A stretch of DNA of 63,494 nt, filler included, from Neolecta irregularis DAH-3 (GCA_001929475.1; 14 parts of 14 records of this genome joined end to end with filler, not necessarily neighbours in it); one strand, 5' to 3'; shown: positions 1 to 11,100, counted from the whole stretch's first letter. Notes: generated by a model not told the origin, from the letters alone. A program made the numbers and translations.

Positions 1-28
1 TCTCGTCCAGCGTTTCCACTCATTCGCC

Positions 29-298
29 ATGAAGTTCATTGCCGCAACTGCTCTCTTCGTTTTCGCTGTCGCCGCAACCGACGCTCCACCATGTCTCATG
101 CCAGCAGTTACTCAGGTTATCGATGAGCTCGGCCTCTCCTTTGATGCCTATGCCCTCTGCACAAACGACCAGTTTATCGAACAGCTCACCACCGCGGTCC
201 AAGCGGGTTGTCCTGAAAGCGACTTTCCCCCCGCCGCCGAGGCCGCAAAAGAGTTCTGTTTAGCCGCAGGTGTCAACATCAGCTCAAAGATCTCATAG
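29..298 (+). CDS. Small secreted CFEM-like protein (4-Cys variant), copy 1
   Basis: 89 aa, hydrophobic signal peptide MKFIAATALFVFAVAA, spacing PPC...D-x4-C...C-x15-C matches the CFEM scaffold; paralog at 1707-1976. Confidence 0.8.
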   Translation: MKFIAATALFVFAVAATDAPPCLMPAVTQVIDELGLSFDAYALCTNDQFIEQLTTAVQAGCPESDFPPAAEAAKEFCLAAGVNISSKIS

Positions 299-769
299 CA
301 ACATCCTGCGTCCCTCTCTCCGTTTCACCTCCGCCTAGACAACACCCTCTTCAACCCAACTGTTTTCTCGTCCGCCTCGTGTTAGATGTGTAGTAGAGGA
401 AGCGCCAAATAATTTCATTAGTGTTTTGCAAATGTTGTACTCCTCTTTCTGAACGACTCCTTGCCTCTCTTGCCTCATGCTTCTTTCATTTGCTGGAAAC
501 ACTATTCCCAAATCGTTATCTTTCGATGTCTCCATGTTTACCTATGCCCGGGTAATCAGTTGCACACGCATCCGTCTTTATCCAACGGCCCACAAACTGT
601 CAATAAGAGGTTTGGACTGGACCATTGATAGAACTTCTAGCTGAAACATCATTTGCCTGCCTTGAGAGTCAATCATCCTATTTTTCTCTCTTTTCTTTAT
701 TCCGAGTCTGTTTTGTACTAGTTTGTATAAAGCTACAATATTTTCTCCATTTTCACGTCACAGAATATA

Positions 770-1080
770 CAAAATTCATGTCGGATCATCCTGATCACCT
801 TATCACGTGATAGTGACAAATCTTGCGAGTGCAACTTTGAGCAAATTGCAAATCAATTCACATTTGAACAACCAACCAACGTCTTCAAACGAAACAAACA
901 CTATCGGGATCAAAATTTAAAGGCAAAACCAATGGTCTGCCAACAAATTCAATACAAGAAAATCAAAAGGGGACCTTTGAAAAAGCACCACATGTAGGAA
1001 ACTACCAAACTGCCATACAACCTAACAGCCTGCCAGAGCATTCTCCAGATGGGTAGTTGGATCTCTTGGTGAAGGCGGGG
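770..1080 (+). mobile_element. Interspersed non-coding repeat family A (MITE-like), copy 1
   Basis: aactttgagcaaattgcaaatcaattca...ccaacaaattcaatacaagaaa...ggatctcttggtgaagg recurs at 44560-44950, 46775-47100 (reverse), 59200-59273; 42640-42704 (reverse) matches the 3' part of the 44560 copy. Confidence 0.75.
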
Positions 1081-1084
1081 CAGC

Positions 1085-1460
1085 TAATAAGAAGGGCTGC
1101 TTTTTTCTGTTCGTACCTAGCCAATTGTATTAATCTATTTCTGTTTCTAAGTCTTGACGACCTAAGAGACTGAAAGCCAATACCACCGTGCTCACCAATC
1201 AACAAACAACAATCTATTATAATCCTATAAACGTCTCCGACTTCCAGCTACCTCCTGCGTGCAACACGCTACTACCACTAGTCATTGCATTGTCCGCGCA
1301 GTCATTTTCACATCTCCACCCCACTCGAGTGCTGCATTGCTCAGTCACTGACCCGGGTTACAAATAAGAATAGGTTATATTCCTAATCTAAGATAAGAGG
1401 ACCTTAGAGCTTAGGTTAGATATACCCTCTTTATTTGTAACTGAGCTTCAACACTTACAC
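1085..1460 (-). mobile_element. Solo-LTR-like repeat
   Basis: Minus strand begins TGTAAG; core taatagattg..ttattgg[t/c]gagcacggtg[g/a]tattgg shared with 58645-58830 and weakly with 20795-20875. Confidence 0.45.
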
Positions 1461-1540
1461 TTTTTTACAAATATGAATAGGTTATCTTCCTAATCTAAGA
1501 TAAGAGGACCTTAGAGCTTAGATTAGATATGTCCTCTTTC
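1357..1540. repeat. ~75-bp direct repeat (1360-1432, 1466-1540); first copy bounded by the inverted repeat gttacaaataa/ttatttgtaac
   Basis: gaataggttat[a/c]ttcctaatctaagataagaggaccttagagctta occurs twice. Confidence 0.85.
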
Positions 1541-1706
1541 CGTCTTTAGATACTTCTAACCTAATTGCCCTTATATCATTCTACGTCACCAGCTGCATAG
1601 GTAACTCCGAGTATATCGTTACACGGGGGCGCATCCTGCTAACCCGCACTGCTGCTGCGCGCTTATAAAAATCACCGCTCTCGTCCAGCCTTTCCACTCA
1701 TTCACT

Positions 1707-1976
1707 ATGAAGTTCATTGCCGCAACTGCTCTCTTCGCTTTCGCCGTCGCCGCAATCGTTGCTCCGCCATGCTTCATGCCCGCAGTTACTAAGGTCGCCA
1801 AAGAGCTCAAACTCCCCGTTGATGCCTCTATCCTCTGCAGAAACGACGAGTTCGTCCACAAGTTCACCATCGCGCTCAAAGAGGATTGTCCTGCAAGAGA
1901 CTATCCCCTCGCCATCGAGACCGCAAAAGAGTTATGCAAAGACGAAGGTGTCGACATCTACCCAAAGAACGGTTAG
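1707..1976 (+). CDS. Small secreted CFEM-like protein (4-Cys variant), copy 2
   Basis: 89 aa, collinear without gaps with copy 1 (51/89 identical by manual count), same four Cys and Asp. Confidence 0.8.
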   Translation: MKFIAATALFAFAVAAIVAPPCFMPAVTKVAKELKLPVDASILCRNDEFVHKFTIALKEDCPARDYPLAIETAKELCKDEGVDIYPKNG

Positions 1977-2441
1977 CAACATCCTGCGTCCCTCTCTCTG
2001 TTTCTCCTCCGCCTTGACAACACCCTCTTCAACCCCAACTGTTTTCTCGTCCGCCTCGTGTTAGATGTGTAGTAGAAGAAGCGCCAAATAAGTTCATCAG
2101 TATTTTTCATATGTTGTACTCTTCTTTCTGAACGACCGCTTGCCTCTCTTGCCTCACGCTTCTCTCATTTGCTGGCAACACCATTCCGAAATCATTATCT
2201 TTCGATGCCTCCATCTTTCCCCATGCCCGTGTATGGAGCAGTACATGCTTCCTTCTTTATCCAACAGCCCACATGCTTTCAATCACAGGCAGACTTGCTA
2301 ACAAGTATACAAGTAAAATATCAAGTAAGTCCAAGGGGAATTTTGTAGAGGCGAGGCAAATTGAAGTTGGTTTTAGCAGTGAAGAAAATCTCAAAAGTGA
2401 TGGTGGCGGTGGTAGTGGCGGTAGTAGGAGTAGTGGTAGTA

Positions 2442-2541
2442 NNNNNNNNNNNNNNNNNNNNNNNNNNNNNNNNNNNNNNNNNNNNTTAATTAATTAANNN
2501 NNNNNNNNNNNNNNNNNNNNNNNNNNNNNNNNNNNNNNNNN
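2442..2541. other. Artificial contig spacer N44-TTAATTAATTAA-N44 (also at 3834, 6321, 7650, 29081, 33402, 36727, 38201, 41396, 42705, 44167, 49978, 59274)
   Basis: Identical 100-nt block 13 times; the 12-mer gives stops in all six frames. Confidence 0.97.
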
Positions 2542-3200
2542 CTGCCGGTACGGCGACTGCGGCGGCGGCGGCCAGTACTGCGCTGCAGCGCTCCTTCTCG
2601 CTTACAGCGCCGCCCCGCTCCCGCTCCCGCTCCCGCTCCTACGCGCCCTCCCGCGCCCTCTCCCTCCAGATCCGCTCCCGCCCACTGCTGCCTACCATCC
2701 ACTCCGACGCCCGTATCGATGCCCGCCCGCAGTCTCCCGAATCTCCCCCGCCCGAGTTCCCGCCAGAGTTCCCGCTCGAGTTCCCGCCCGAGTTCCCGCT
2801 CGACTCTCCGCTGCCCGAGTTCACCCTGCCCGAGGTCCCCCGGCTCGAGTCTCCGCTGCCCGAGTTCACCCTGCCCGAGTTCCCCCGCCTCGAGTCTCCG
2901 CTGCCCGAGTCCCCCCGCCTCGAGTCTCCGCGCCAGGTCCCCCCGCCCCTCGCAGATCCCCCGCCGCCGCTCGGCCGCAGACCCATGCGCATGTCCATGC
3001 GCCAACCCGCCTCCTCCCGCTCTCCCTCCCGCTCCCGCTCCCCGCCGATCTCCGCGCCCCTGCCGCTCCCGCTCTCCTCACCCTCTGCCCGCACTCCCTC
3101 CGCAAACCGCAGATCAATGCCCTCAACCATGCGTCGCCGCCCCCAAAGCATCTCCTCAATCCAGCACAATGCACCCCCTCCTCTCTCCTCTCGAGCTAGA
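2542..3200. repeat. Very GC-rich low-complexity tract with ctcgagtctccgctgcccgag-type tandem units; possibly the 3' end of a Pro/Ser-rich gene
   Basis: Repeated 12-45-nt units, long ORFs in several frames, no recognisable domain. Confidence 0.5.
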
Positions 3201-3391
3201 AAAACACAAAGCGTCGCCGATCTGCAACACCCAAAAAAGAAACGGTTCCCTGCTCTCAGAAAGCTATTTCGTCTTCCTCTCTAGTTTCTATTCTTTTACA
3301 TACATTGCAAATATATCAGGTTGTATACGAATACGTTAATCTCCCGGTCATATTAGATATCTTCAGTATGATATGCTATCGCAACTATTAC

Positions 3392-3590
3392 GTCATCAAT
3401 TATATTACTCCCCAGATACATCATAAATTATATTACTCCCCAGATACATCATCAATTATATTACTCCCCAGATACATCATCAATTATATTAATCCCCAGA
3501 TACATCATCAAGATATATATTACTCCCCAAATACGCCATCAAGGATTTATATTACTCCCCAGGTACATCATCACCCAAATACGCCATCAA
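3392..3590. repeat. Minisatellite, ~28-bp unit tatattactccccagatacatcatcaat, about 6 degenerate copies
   Basis: Directly visible head-to-tail copies without unique spacers. Confidence 0.9.
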
Positions 3591-4419
3591 AGGATTTAAA
3601 ATACTGCAGATATATTTTTATACAAATGACTTGTTGCGGCAAATGAACAAATAGTTTGGGATTGCTTAGTTTGACTTGATCGAGATATCTAAAGGATTAA
3701 CATGGAAGAGGTTACTGCAACCCAGCTTATTTAGTGATTATTTATCTGCGGGTATTATTACTATTCTATTGTGAGCGTTCAGGTGTTCCTTTTTGTCGCT
3801 CGTGGACTTAGGTTGGTATGTTGATCGTAAGGCNNNNNNNNNNNNNNNNNNNNNNNNNNNNNNNNNNNNNNNNNNNNTTAATTAATTAANNNNNNNNNNN
3901 NNNNNNNNNNNNNNNNNNNNNNNNNNNNNNNNNCCAACAATGTCTTTAATACGCTTGATTTATTGAGTTGACCATGCCTAATATGGTGTCGACGAACAGC
4001 TAACGTAGAGTGGTTCGGCCTATCAATTCACACACCACCAAGTTCAATGAAAAAGAAATCTGTGTTTAGTTTCCTGCATTTTAGTTCCTCGTCAGGAAAT
4101 GGACTATTCACACGTCCTTCAACATTTAGCTCTGCGAAAAAGTAAAATACCCAATATCAATGAGCTATTAGCCTTTTTCCTGAAAGAAAATATGAAAGTT
4201 AGGGTTAGGAGGGTCTAAGTCAGTGACATAGATGATTAAGGTTGTAAACGTCAAGGTAGTTTATATCGGCTTAATGCCCATTCTGCCATGTAATTCAAAG
4301 TACATATCGTAACTATTCGAACAGAATTTATATTATAGCAAGCAAAGATACCACGATACTTCTACAGTCTACGTGAGTCAAGGGGCCAATATTGAATCAG
4401 ATGATAAGACAAATTATGC

Positions 4420-6035
4420 AGGAAACAGATATAGATCGGTATTTATTCTCATGTTATCAGTCACTTTATAATTGAATATAATGTCTAGAATTGTAATGGA
4501 ATTGTTTTAGGTTAAATATGTTGCTTTATCTCAGATCTTGAACATGGTAATATCCCAGCCCAAGTCATTGTAGTCATCCTGTCCTTGAAATAAACAAACG
4601 AAATCAATAACAGCACTCCGAAAGTAAGGTATATGTCGATAACATGGCCTTTTCTTCTTAAGAGAGACTACACTGTAAATAGGGGTTTCTTTTGCAAAGG
4701 TACGTGCCGAATTTAAAGGTGCCATGGCGCAACGCCGTTGCTATGATGGCTTTTACTTTCAACTTGGGATCAGGAAAGTCTTGGGGGGATTCTCATACTC
4801 TCCTCTCTAGTAACCAAAAGCCCGGTACTCGTAGGCATAGCTATTGCGAAGACAAGAAAGATGGCAAAGATTCTGAGAGAAACTTTCATCTTGGAGTTGA
4901 TTTGAATGAAATGTTTAAACGGACATGAAGTGAATTTAAATCATTTATAGGAATACACATTGAAATAGCGTTGACGTCTTAGCTGTGAAAACTCATAAAA
5001 CTGAATACAACTAGTAAATGTTGTTTCTATCTCTGCGAAACCCTGTCAACAGACACCATGAGAACATTCCGCTCTGCATATATCATAATTATTCACAACA
5101 GCCAATAAGCTGGCCAATTCTCATTATGAAGTGCAAAGTTAGCTGTGTGCCAGGACTAATAACAAGTCTGAAGAATAATGAAGCTTCTGGAACATTTAAA
5201 ACTTGGCAATGGCGAGTGTGAATGAAAACAGATATAGATTGGTATTTATTCTCATGTTATCAGTCACTTGATGTTGAATATAATGTCTAGAAATGTAATG
5301 GAATTGTTTTAGGTTAAATATGTTGCTATATCTCAGGATCTTGGACAGGGTAGCCCAAGTCATTGTAGTCATCCTGTCGAAATAAACAACGAACAGCACG
5401 CCGAAAGTAAGGTATATATCGACAACACGGCCCTTTCATCTTACGAGACTACACTGTAAATAAGGGTTTCTTGCAAATATTCATGCCATTTTAAAGGGAC
5501 CAGGGCCCAACGCCGTCGCTACGATGGCTTTTACTTTCAACTTGGGATCAGGAAAGTCTTGTGAGGATTCTCGTACTCTCTTCTCTAGGAACCAAAAGCC
5601 TGGTACTGGTAGGCATAGCTATTGCGAAAGACGTAGTGACAAGAAAGATGGCAGAGATTCTGGAAACTTTCATCTTGGAGTTGATTGAATGAAATGTTGA
5701 AACGGACATGAAGTAATTTATATTGATATCAATACACTTTGAATAGCGTTGGAATGATATGCTGTGAACCTCGTAGATGTGAATGTGACTAGCAAACGTC
5801 TCTTATCTCTGCAGAGCTGTGGTCCTAGCTAACGTCGCTCTTCTCAGATCTGCGTTAGAGCATTCAGCTCGCATATATCATAATTATTCACAGCATCACA
5901 GGAGTAAACCAACTACTTTGGGGGTAGCGTTGAAGAGACAACAGACAATATTCTCATTATGTAGTGCTAAATTAGCTGGTGTTCTAGGACAAAAAGGCTG
6001 AAGAATATTCTAGACATGAGCTGGAAATTTAAACT
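4420..6035. repeat. Diverged tandem duplication of an ~800-bp non-coding unit (~4420-5215 and ~5225-6035)
   Basis: cagatatagat[c/t]ggtatttattctcatgttatcagtcac at 4426 and 5229; gatggcttttactttcaacttgggatcaggaaagtctt at 4745 and 5523; gcatatatcataattattcaca in both. Confidence 0.9.
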
Positions 6036-6090
6036 AGGTAATGTGAGTGAATTGTCAGAAGCGAGAATGACATCTTTGTGAAAGTGAACG

Positions 6091-6182
6091 AGACAGGGAG
6101 ACGGTGGATACAGGGTGGGAGACAGGGAGACAGGGAGACAGGGAGACAGGGAGACAGGGAGACAGGGAGACAGGGAGACAGG
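6091..6182. repeat. 9-bp tandem repeat (gagacaggg)n running into a gap
   Basis: Direct observation. Confidence 0.95.
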
Positions 6183-6420
6183 NNNNNNNNNNGCCAAGTT
6201 CAATGAAAAAGAAATCTGTGTGTTAGTTTCCTGCATTTTAGTTCCTCGTCAGGCAATGGACTATTCACACGTCCTTCAACATTTAGCTCTGCGAAAAAGT
6301 AAAATACCCAATATCAATGANNNNNNNNNNNNNNNNNNNNNNNNNNNNNNNNNNNNNNNNNNNNTTAATTAATTAANNNNNNNNNNNNNNNNNNNNNNNN
6401 NNNNNNNNNNNNNNNNNNNN

Positions 6421-7649
6421 ATACTACCAAAATATTCCACCAACAGAGGTACATACCAGGAAGTCAAGAATCCTTCCCATACCGCCGATGGAAGTTGATA
6501 CGGTTAAAAGAAAAGGATTTTGCAACTGGTGTAAGTCATCAAATGGCCACACCAAGAAATCCTATTTCTACCACCCGGAAAATAAGAAGAAAAAACCGAA
6601 ATGGGCAAAGAACAGACAGACAAATAATGTCCAGTCGGGAAAAGAAGAGGAGGGCATGGATGGAGAAGCAATCCCCCCTCAATAAATTCATCTGATAGTA
6701 ATAGAAAATTATCTGTTACTGTACAAAAATCTTCTCCATTGCTGGAAATTGTGAATGTCGCATTATCAGGGAAAGGCCTGATCAAATTCCCCTGTACGAT
6801 TGGCAAAAAGAGGCTACAGGTGGAGGCCATTGCGCTAAAAGATAATGGCGTGACCCACAATTTCATTGCAAAGAAATTCGTTGACAAACATGGATTAGAA
6901 GGAAAGCTTACTGGGAAGTCGGTTAAGGTTGTCATGGCTGATAAAGCTGAGAACCAAGTTAAACCGCAACCCCAGGCACTAGTTTTCGCCATGGTCTCTA
7001 TTCCATCAAAGCAAGGTTACCTCTCATTTATGGATTCGTTCGAAGTTGCAGACCTGGGAGCATATGACATGATCCTGGGGAAAAAATGGCACAAAAGGTT
7101 TCAACCGATGATTGATTATCACAGTAATGCATGCAAGGTCGCAGACCATGATCTGATTACCCATTCCGCACGTAATCAGGTTATGACCTGCAATCTGGCT
7201 GAAATAATCGACTCGGATGAACTTTTCCTAGCAGTGGCCAAAAAAATGCAGCCACTGGAAGACCAGAAGCAATTATCGAGTACTATGAGAGACCTGTTGA
7301 CCAAATATTAGGATGTGTTCAATGAAAAATTTCCCTTCCCTCCAAAGAGGGAAGAAGATTATCACATTGCGTTAATGGATCCGGCTAGGCTACCTCGGAA
7401 CAGACCAATCCCTCGACTATCAATTGCTGAAGAAGCTGTAATGAGGGAAGAAATTGAAGGTCTGCTTAAACGAGGATTTATTCAGCATAGCACATTACCC
7501 TATGGAGCAGTCTGCTTGTTCGTTAAGAAGAAATCAGGCAAGTTGCAGATGTGTATTGACTATCAAGATATAAACAGCAACACGCTAAAAAACAATACAG
7601 CGCTCCCAAGGATTGATGAACTGCTAGACCGGATCTGAAATGCAGGATG
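6421..7649 (+). mobile_element. Degenerate Ty3/Gypsy gag-pol fragment (decayed zinc knuckle, aspartic protease, start of RT)
   Basis: CNWCKSSNGHTKKS; ALKDNGVTHNFI and YDMILGKKW (protease); PYGAVCLFVKKKSGKLQMCIDY...LPRIDELLDRI (RT N-terminus); in-frame stops at 7309 and 7636. Confidence 0.9.
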
Positions 7650-7750
7650 NNNNNNNNNNNNNNNNNNNNNNNNNNNNNNNNNNNNNNNNNNNNTTAATTA
7701 ATTAANNNNNNNNNNNNNNNNNNNNNNNNNNNNNNNNNNNNNNNNNNNNG

Positions 7751-8009
7751 GCGGACACGGCGTGCGCCAACTGCCGCGCCACCGAGACGTCGCTGTGGCG
7801 CAAGAACGACGGCGGCTGCGTCGTGTGGTACGCTGCTCCTGCCCCGCGCGCGCGCGCTGATCGCCCCTCCCCCCAGCAACGCGTGCGGCCTGTACTTCAA
7901 GCTGCACGGCAAGGAGCGGCCGCCCGCCATGCGCAAGAACAAGGTCGCCCGCCGCCGCCGCGCCCGCGACCGCGACCGCGACCGCGACCAGCACGGCCCG
8001 CCCTACTGA
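7751..8009 (+). CDS. GATA-type zinc-finger transcription factor, 3' fragment (5' end lost in gap)
   Basis: Removing GT-AG intron 7828-7876 gives [37 protein letters not shown], i.e. C-x2-C-x17-C-x2-C plus basic tail; absent from the ORF track. Confidence 0.92.
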
Positions 8010-8039
8010 CCGCTCTGTACATGTTGATATTGTATGTAA

Positions 8040-8170
8040 CTGTCTTTGGCGTCTCTTGAGCTGTCTCTTTGGCGTCTCTTGAGCTGTCTCCCCGGGCCTC
8101 TCTTTGGCGTCTCTCCCCGGGCCTCTCTTGAGCTGTCTCTTTGGCGTCTCTCCCCGGGCCGCCTCTCCCC
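8040..8170. repeat. Patchwork tandem repeat (tctctttggcg / tctcttgagctg / tctccccgggcc) filling the GATA-SMC1 intergenic space
   Basis: Direct observation. Confidence 0.85.
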
Positions 8171-8184
8171 ACCCCATTCTCTCC

Positions 8185-11100
8185 ATGGGCCGCCTCCTCC
8201 ACCTGGAGCTGTCAAACTTCAAGTCCTACTGCGGCCACCAGACTGTCGGCCCCTTTTGCTGCTTCACAAGCATCATCGGCCCCAATGGCGCCGGCAAGTC
8301 CAATCTCATGGACGCCATCTCCTTTGTCCTCGGCATAAAGTCCTCCCATCTGCGCTCCTCCCACCTGAAGGATCTCATATACCGCCCCCCCGCTGGCTCC
8401 AGCTGCCCCCCTCCAGCCTCCGCCTGGGTCATGGCCGTCTACCAGAACGACGACGGCCTGCAAATCCACTACAAGCGCACGGACGGCCCCCAGACTCGCC
8501 CCGCTTATACCTAGAATTACCCATCCTGGCTCCTGCGAATATCGCATCGACAATGCCCTCGTGTCCGCCGCCCAGTACAACCAGGCGCTCGAGTCGCACA
8601 ACATCCTCATCAAGGCCAGGAATTTCCTCGTCTTCCAGGTATCCCCCCTGGTTCGCTCCCCTGACCTCCAAGGGCGACGTCGAAACAATCGCATCGCAAT
8701 CGCCCAAAGATCTCACAAAGCTGATTGAACAAATCAGCGGGTACTCAACAGCGCGGCCCCGCTGACTTCCAGCTCGCTCGAATACAAGCCCGAGTACGAC
8801 AAATTAAAAATAGATCACGAGAAAGCCGCTCAAGCCCTGGCTAGATCCTTTCACGAAAGAAGAGGCGTAAACGCTGAAGTGAAGCAGTACCAGGAACAAA
8901 AAATTGAAGCAGAAACCTATGCTACAAAACTAGACAAAAGGGTTTGCATCCCTCGTGGAGTCGCTGACTGCAGGACGATGCTGTCGTCACCCACATCCTG
9001 TGGAAACTCTACCATCTCCAGGCCAAAATAGATGCCAGTCGGAATGAATCCAAGCACGATCAACTCGCGCTGCTCAACAATCAAATTCAAGAGCACGACC
9101 TCAACTTGGACGAGGCCAGAAAGATGCAATCAAAATTGAACAAGAATATCATGAAGCAAGAACGGGTCATCAAACGAAAGGAAAAAACACTCCAAGACAA
9201 GCTGCCCGCTGTTATCGCTATCGACGAGAAAATATCGCTCGAAGGAATCAAGCTCAAAAAATATCTGCTGCGAATTGAAAGCATAAAAACAAATAGACAG
9301 GCGCTTGTCCTTCAAGATCTGCAAACCCAGCTTCTTGTAGTTGAAAAAGCGGCAAAGAAATTCGACGATGAACAGGCCGCCCTCGCCAGAAAGAAGGGAA
9401 CGGTGCTGTCAGACCACGATTTACAAGAGTACAGAAGTTTGACCAATGACCTGTCTAAAGAGGCTGCAAGCGAGAAAGCCCGTCTTACCCAGTTGCTACG
9501 ACAGCAAAAGACCGAGCAAGAGAACCTGAAAAATCTACAAGGGAAATTGGAGCAGCTTGAATGGCAAGCAAACAGGCTCTTGGAAAAAGATCTGGCTAGC
9601 CGCAGAGACCAGGTACAATCTCGAGGGAATATCGCTAACTCAGATAAACGAGCAAGTCGTCGACCTCAATACTGCTATCGACAACAAGAAGACGAGCCTT
9701 CAAGACGCATCGTCAGAGCGTATCCGTATTTCACTGAAAGAAACAGATCTGAACGAGAGATTGCAAATATGCGCCAATCAGCTGCTACAAGTAAACGCCG
9801 ACCAGCGCGAGAGCGAAAAGCAAGTTCGACTCAAAGACACCGTCCTGTCGCTTAAACGCATCTTTCCCGGCGTTAAAGGCCGCATCGTCGACTTGTGCAG
9901 TCCATCACAGAGACGATATGACGCTGCTATCGGCATAATCCTCGGTCGAAACGCCGATGCTATCGTCGTCGAGACAGAAACAGTTGCAAAGGAATGCATC
10001 GAATATCTTCGAGACCAGAAATCACAGCCCCGCACATTTATCCCGTTGGACGCTATCCAAACTAAACCCATTAATCCTGCTTTTCGCGGTATCCACAGGC
10101 AAGCACAAATGGCAATTGATATTCTTCGCTACGAGACGTGCTGGGAAAAGGCTATGCATTATGCCTGTGGCAATGCTATCGTCTGCGATGACTCTGAAAT
10201 TGCAAAACACCTCGCTTACGAAAAGAAGATCGACGTGAAAAGTATATGATTGTTACTTGGCGCTGACTCTAGTCGTTACACTCGACGGAACCGTCTTTCA
10301 TAAAACCGGTATGATTACAGGTGGACGTTCAGAACATTCAAGTCACCGGAGATGGGAAGACCAGGAAGTCGCAGGTACCTTCTTTCGAAAATCTTCTCAT
10401 TTCAGGTCTCCAAAGACTGAAAGAATCTCTTGTCGCTGAACTGGCCGAGTTGCAAAGAACCAAGAAAAGTTGTGTTGTCGAGGATTCGTTGAAAACCGAC
10501 TTGGGCAACCTTCAGATTCGACTGTCTGCACTACTGGAGAAACTGGTATCTTTCTAGTACTTCAATTGCTGAGTCAGAATGATACTGAACTGAATCTTGC
10601 GAAAAATCAGGCCGAGTTGGATCTGGTTCAACGGCAAATTGCAGAAATGACACCAAACCTGGATAGCCAAAGAGTTTCTCATGCTACCTTGACTGAACAA
10701 ATTGAAAAGCTGCAAGAAACCGTCAATGTCATCCAAGACCGAATATTCGCCCCGTTCTCGCAAAAGATTGGAGTGAATAATATCAGAGAATATGAAGGGC
10801 AGCAAGGAAAACTGCAACAAGAGGCGGCGGAACAGAGGTTGCAGTACGTTACACAACTTGGAAAATTGCAAAACCAGTATAGCACCGACCTATCAAATCT
10901 GACTTTAAGAATAGAGTTTGAAAGCAGTCGGCTAAAGGATTGCGATGAACGACTTGAACGTCTGACCGAGTTGATGCAACGAGATAACAGCGCTATCGAA
11001 GGACTCGCGCGCCAGCGAGAAATCCTATCAACGCAAATGGATCAACTTGAAGCCGAACTCGAAATCCTGAGACAAATTCTTGCATCCAAGAGGGGTGAAT

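Larger units (their letters stand above)
1..2273 (+). repeat. Direct duplication of a ~0.6-kb unit (1-594 and 1679-2273) containing the CFEM-like gene and its 3' flank
   Basis: Sequences align at an offset of ~1678 from tctcgtccagc through tccaac[g/a]gcccaca. Confidence 0.9.

Noticed and set aside
2490-3339. Multiple overlapping long ORFs on both strands (also 7694-8765 and 33029-33457)
   Set aside because: Expected from extreme GC content and scarcity of stop codons; no domain support except the GATA and SMC1 frames
3392-3590. CRISPR-like array of ~28-bp repeats
   Set aside because: Units are head-to-tail with no unique spacers, no cas genes, and the DNA is eukaryotic; it is a minisatellite
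7309-7311. In-frame TAG as a readthrough or A-to-I editing site in the Gypsy pol
   Set aside because: The element has other lesions (degenerate protease motif, TGA at 7636, broken knuckle), so ordinary decay is the simpler reading
9106-10249. Programmed frameshift in SMC1 (overlapping ORFs 9106-9855 and 9557-10249)
   Set aside because: Explained by a 31-nt GT-AG intron at 9613-9643 with a CTAAC branch point
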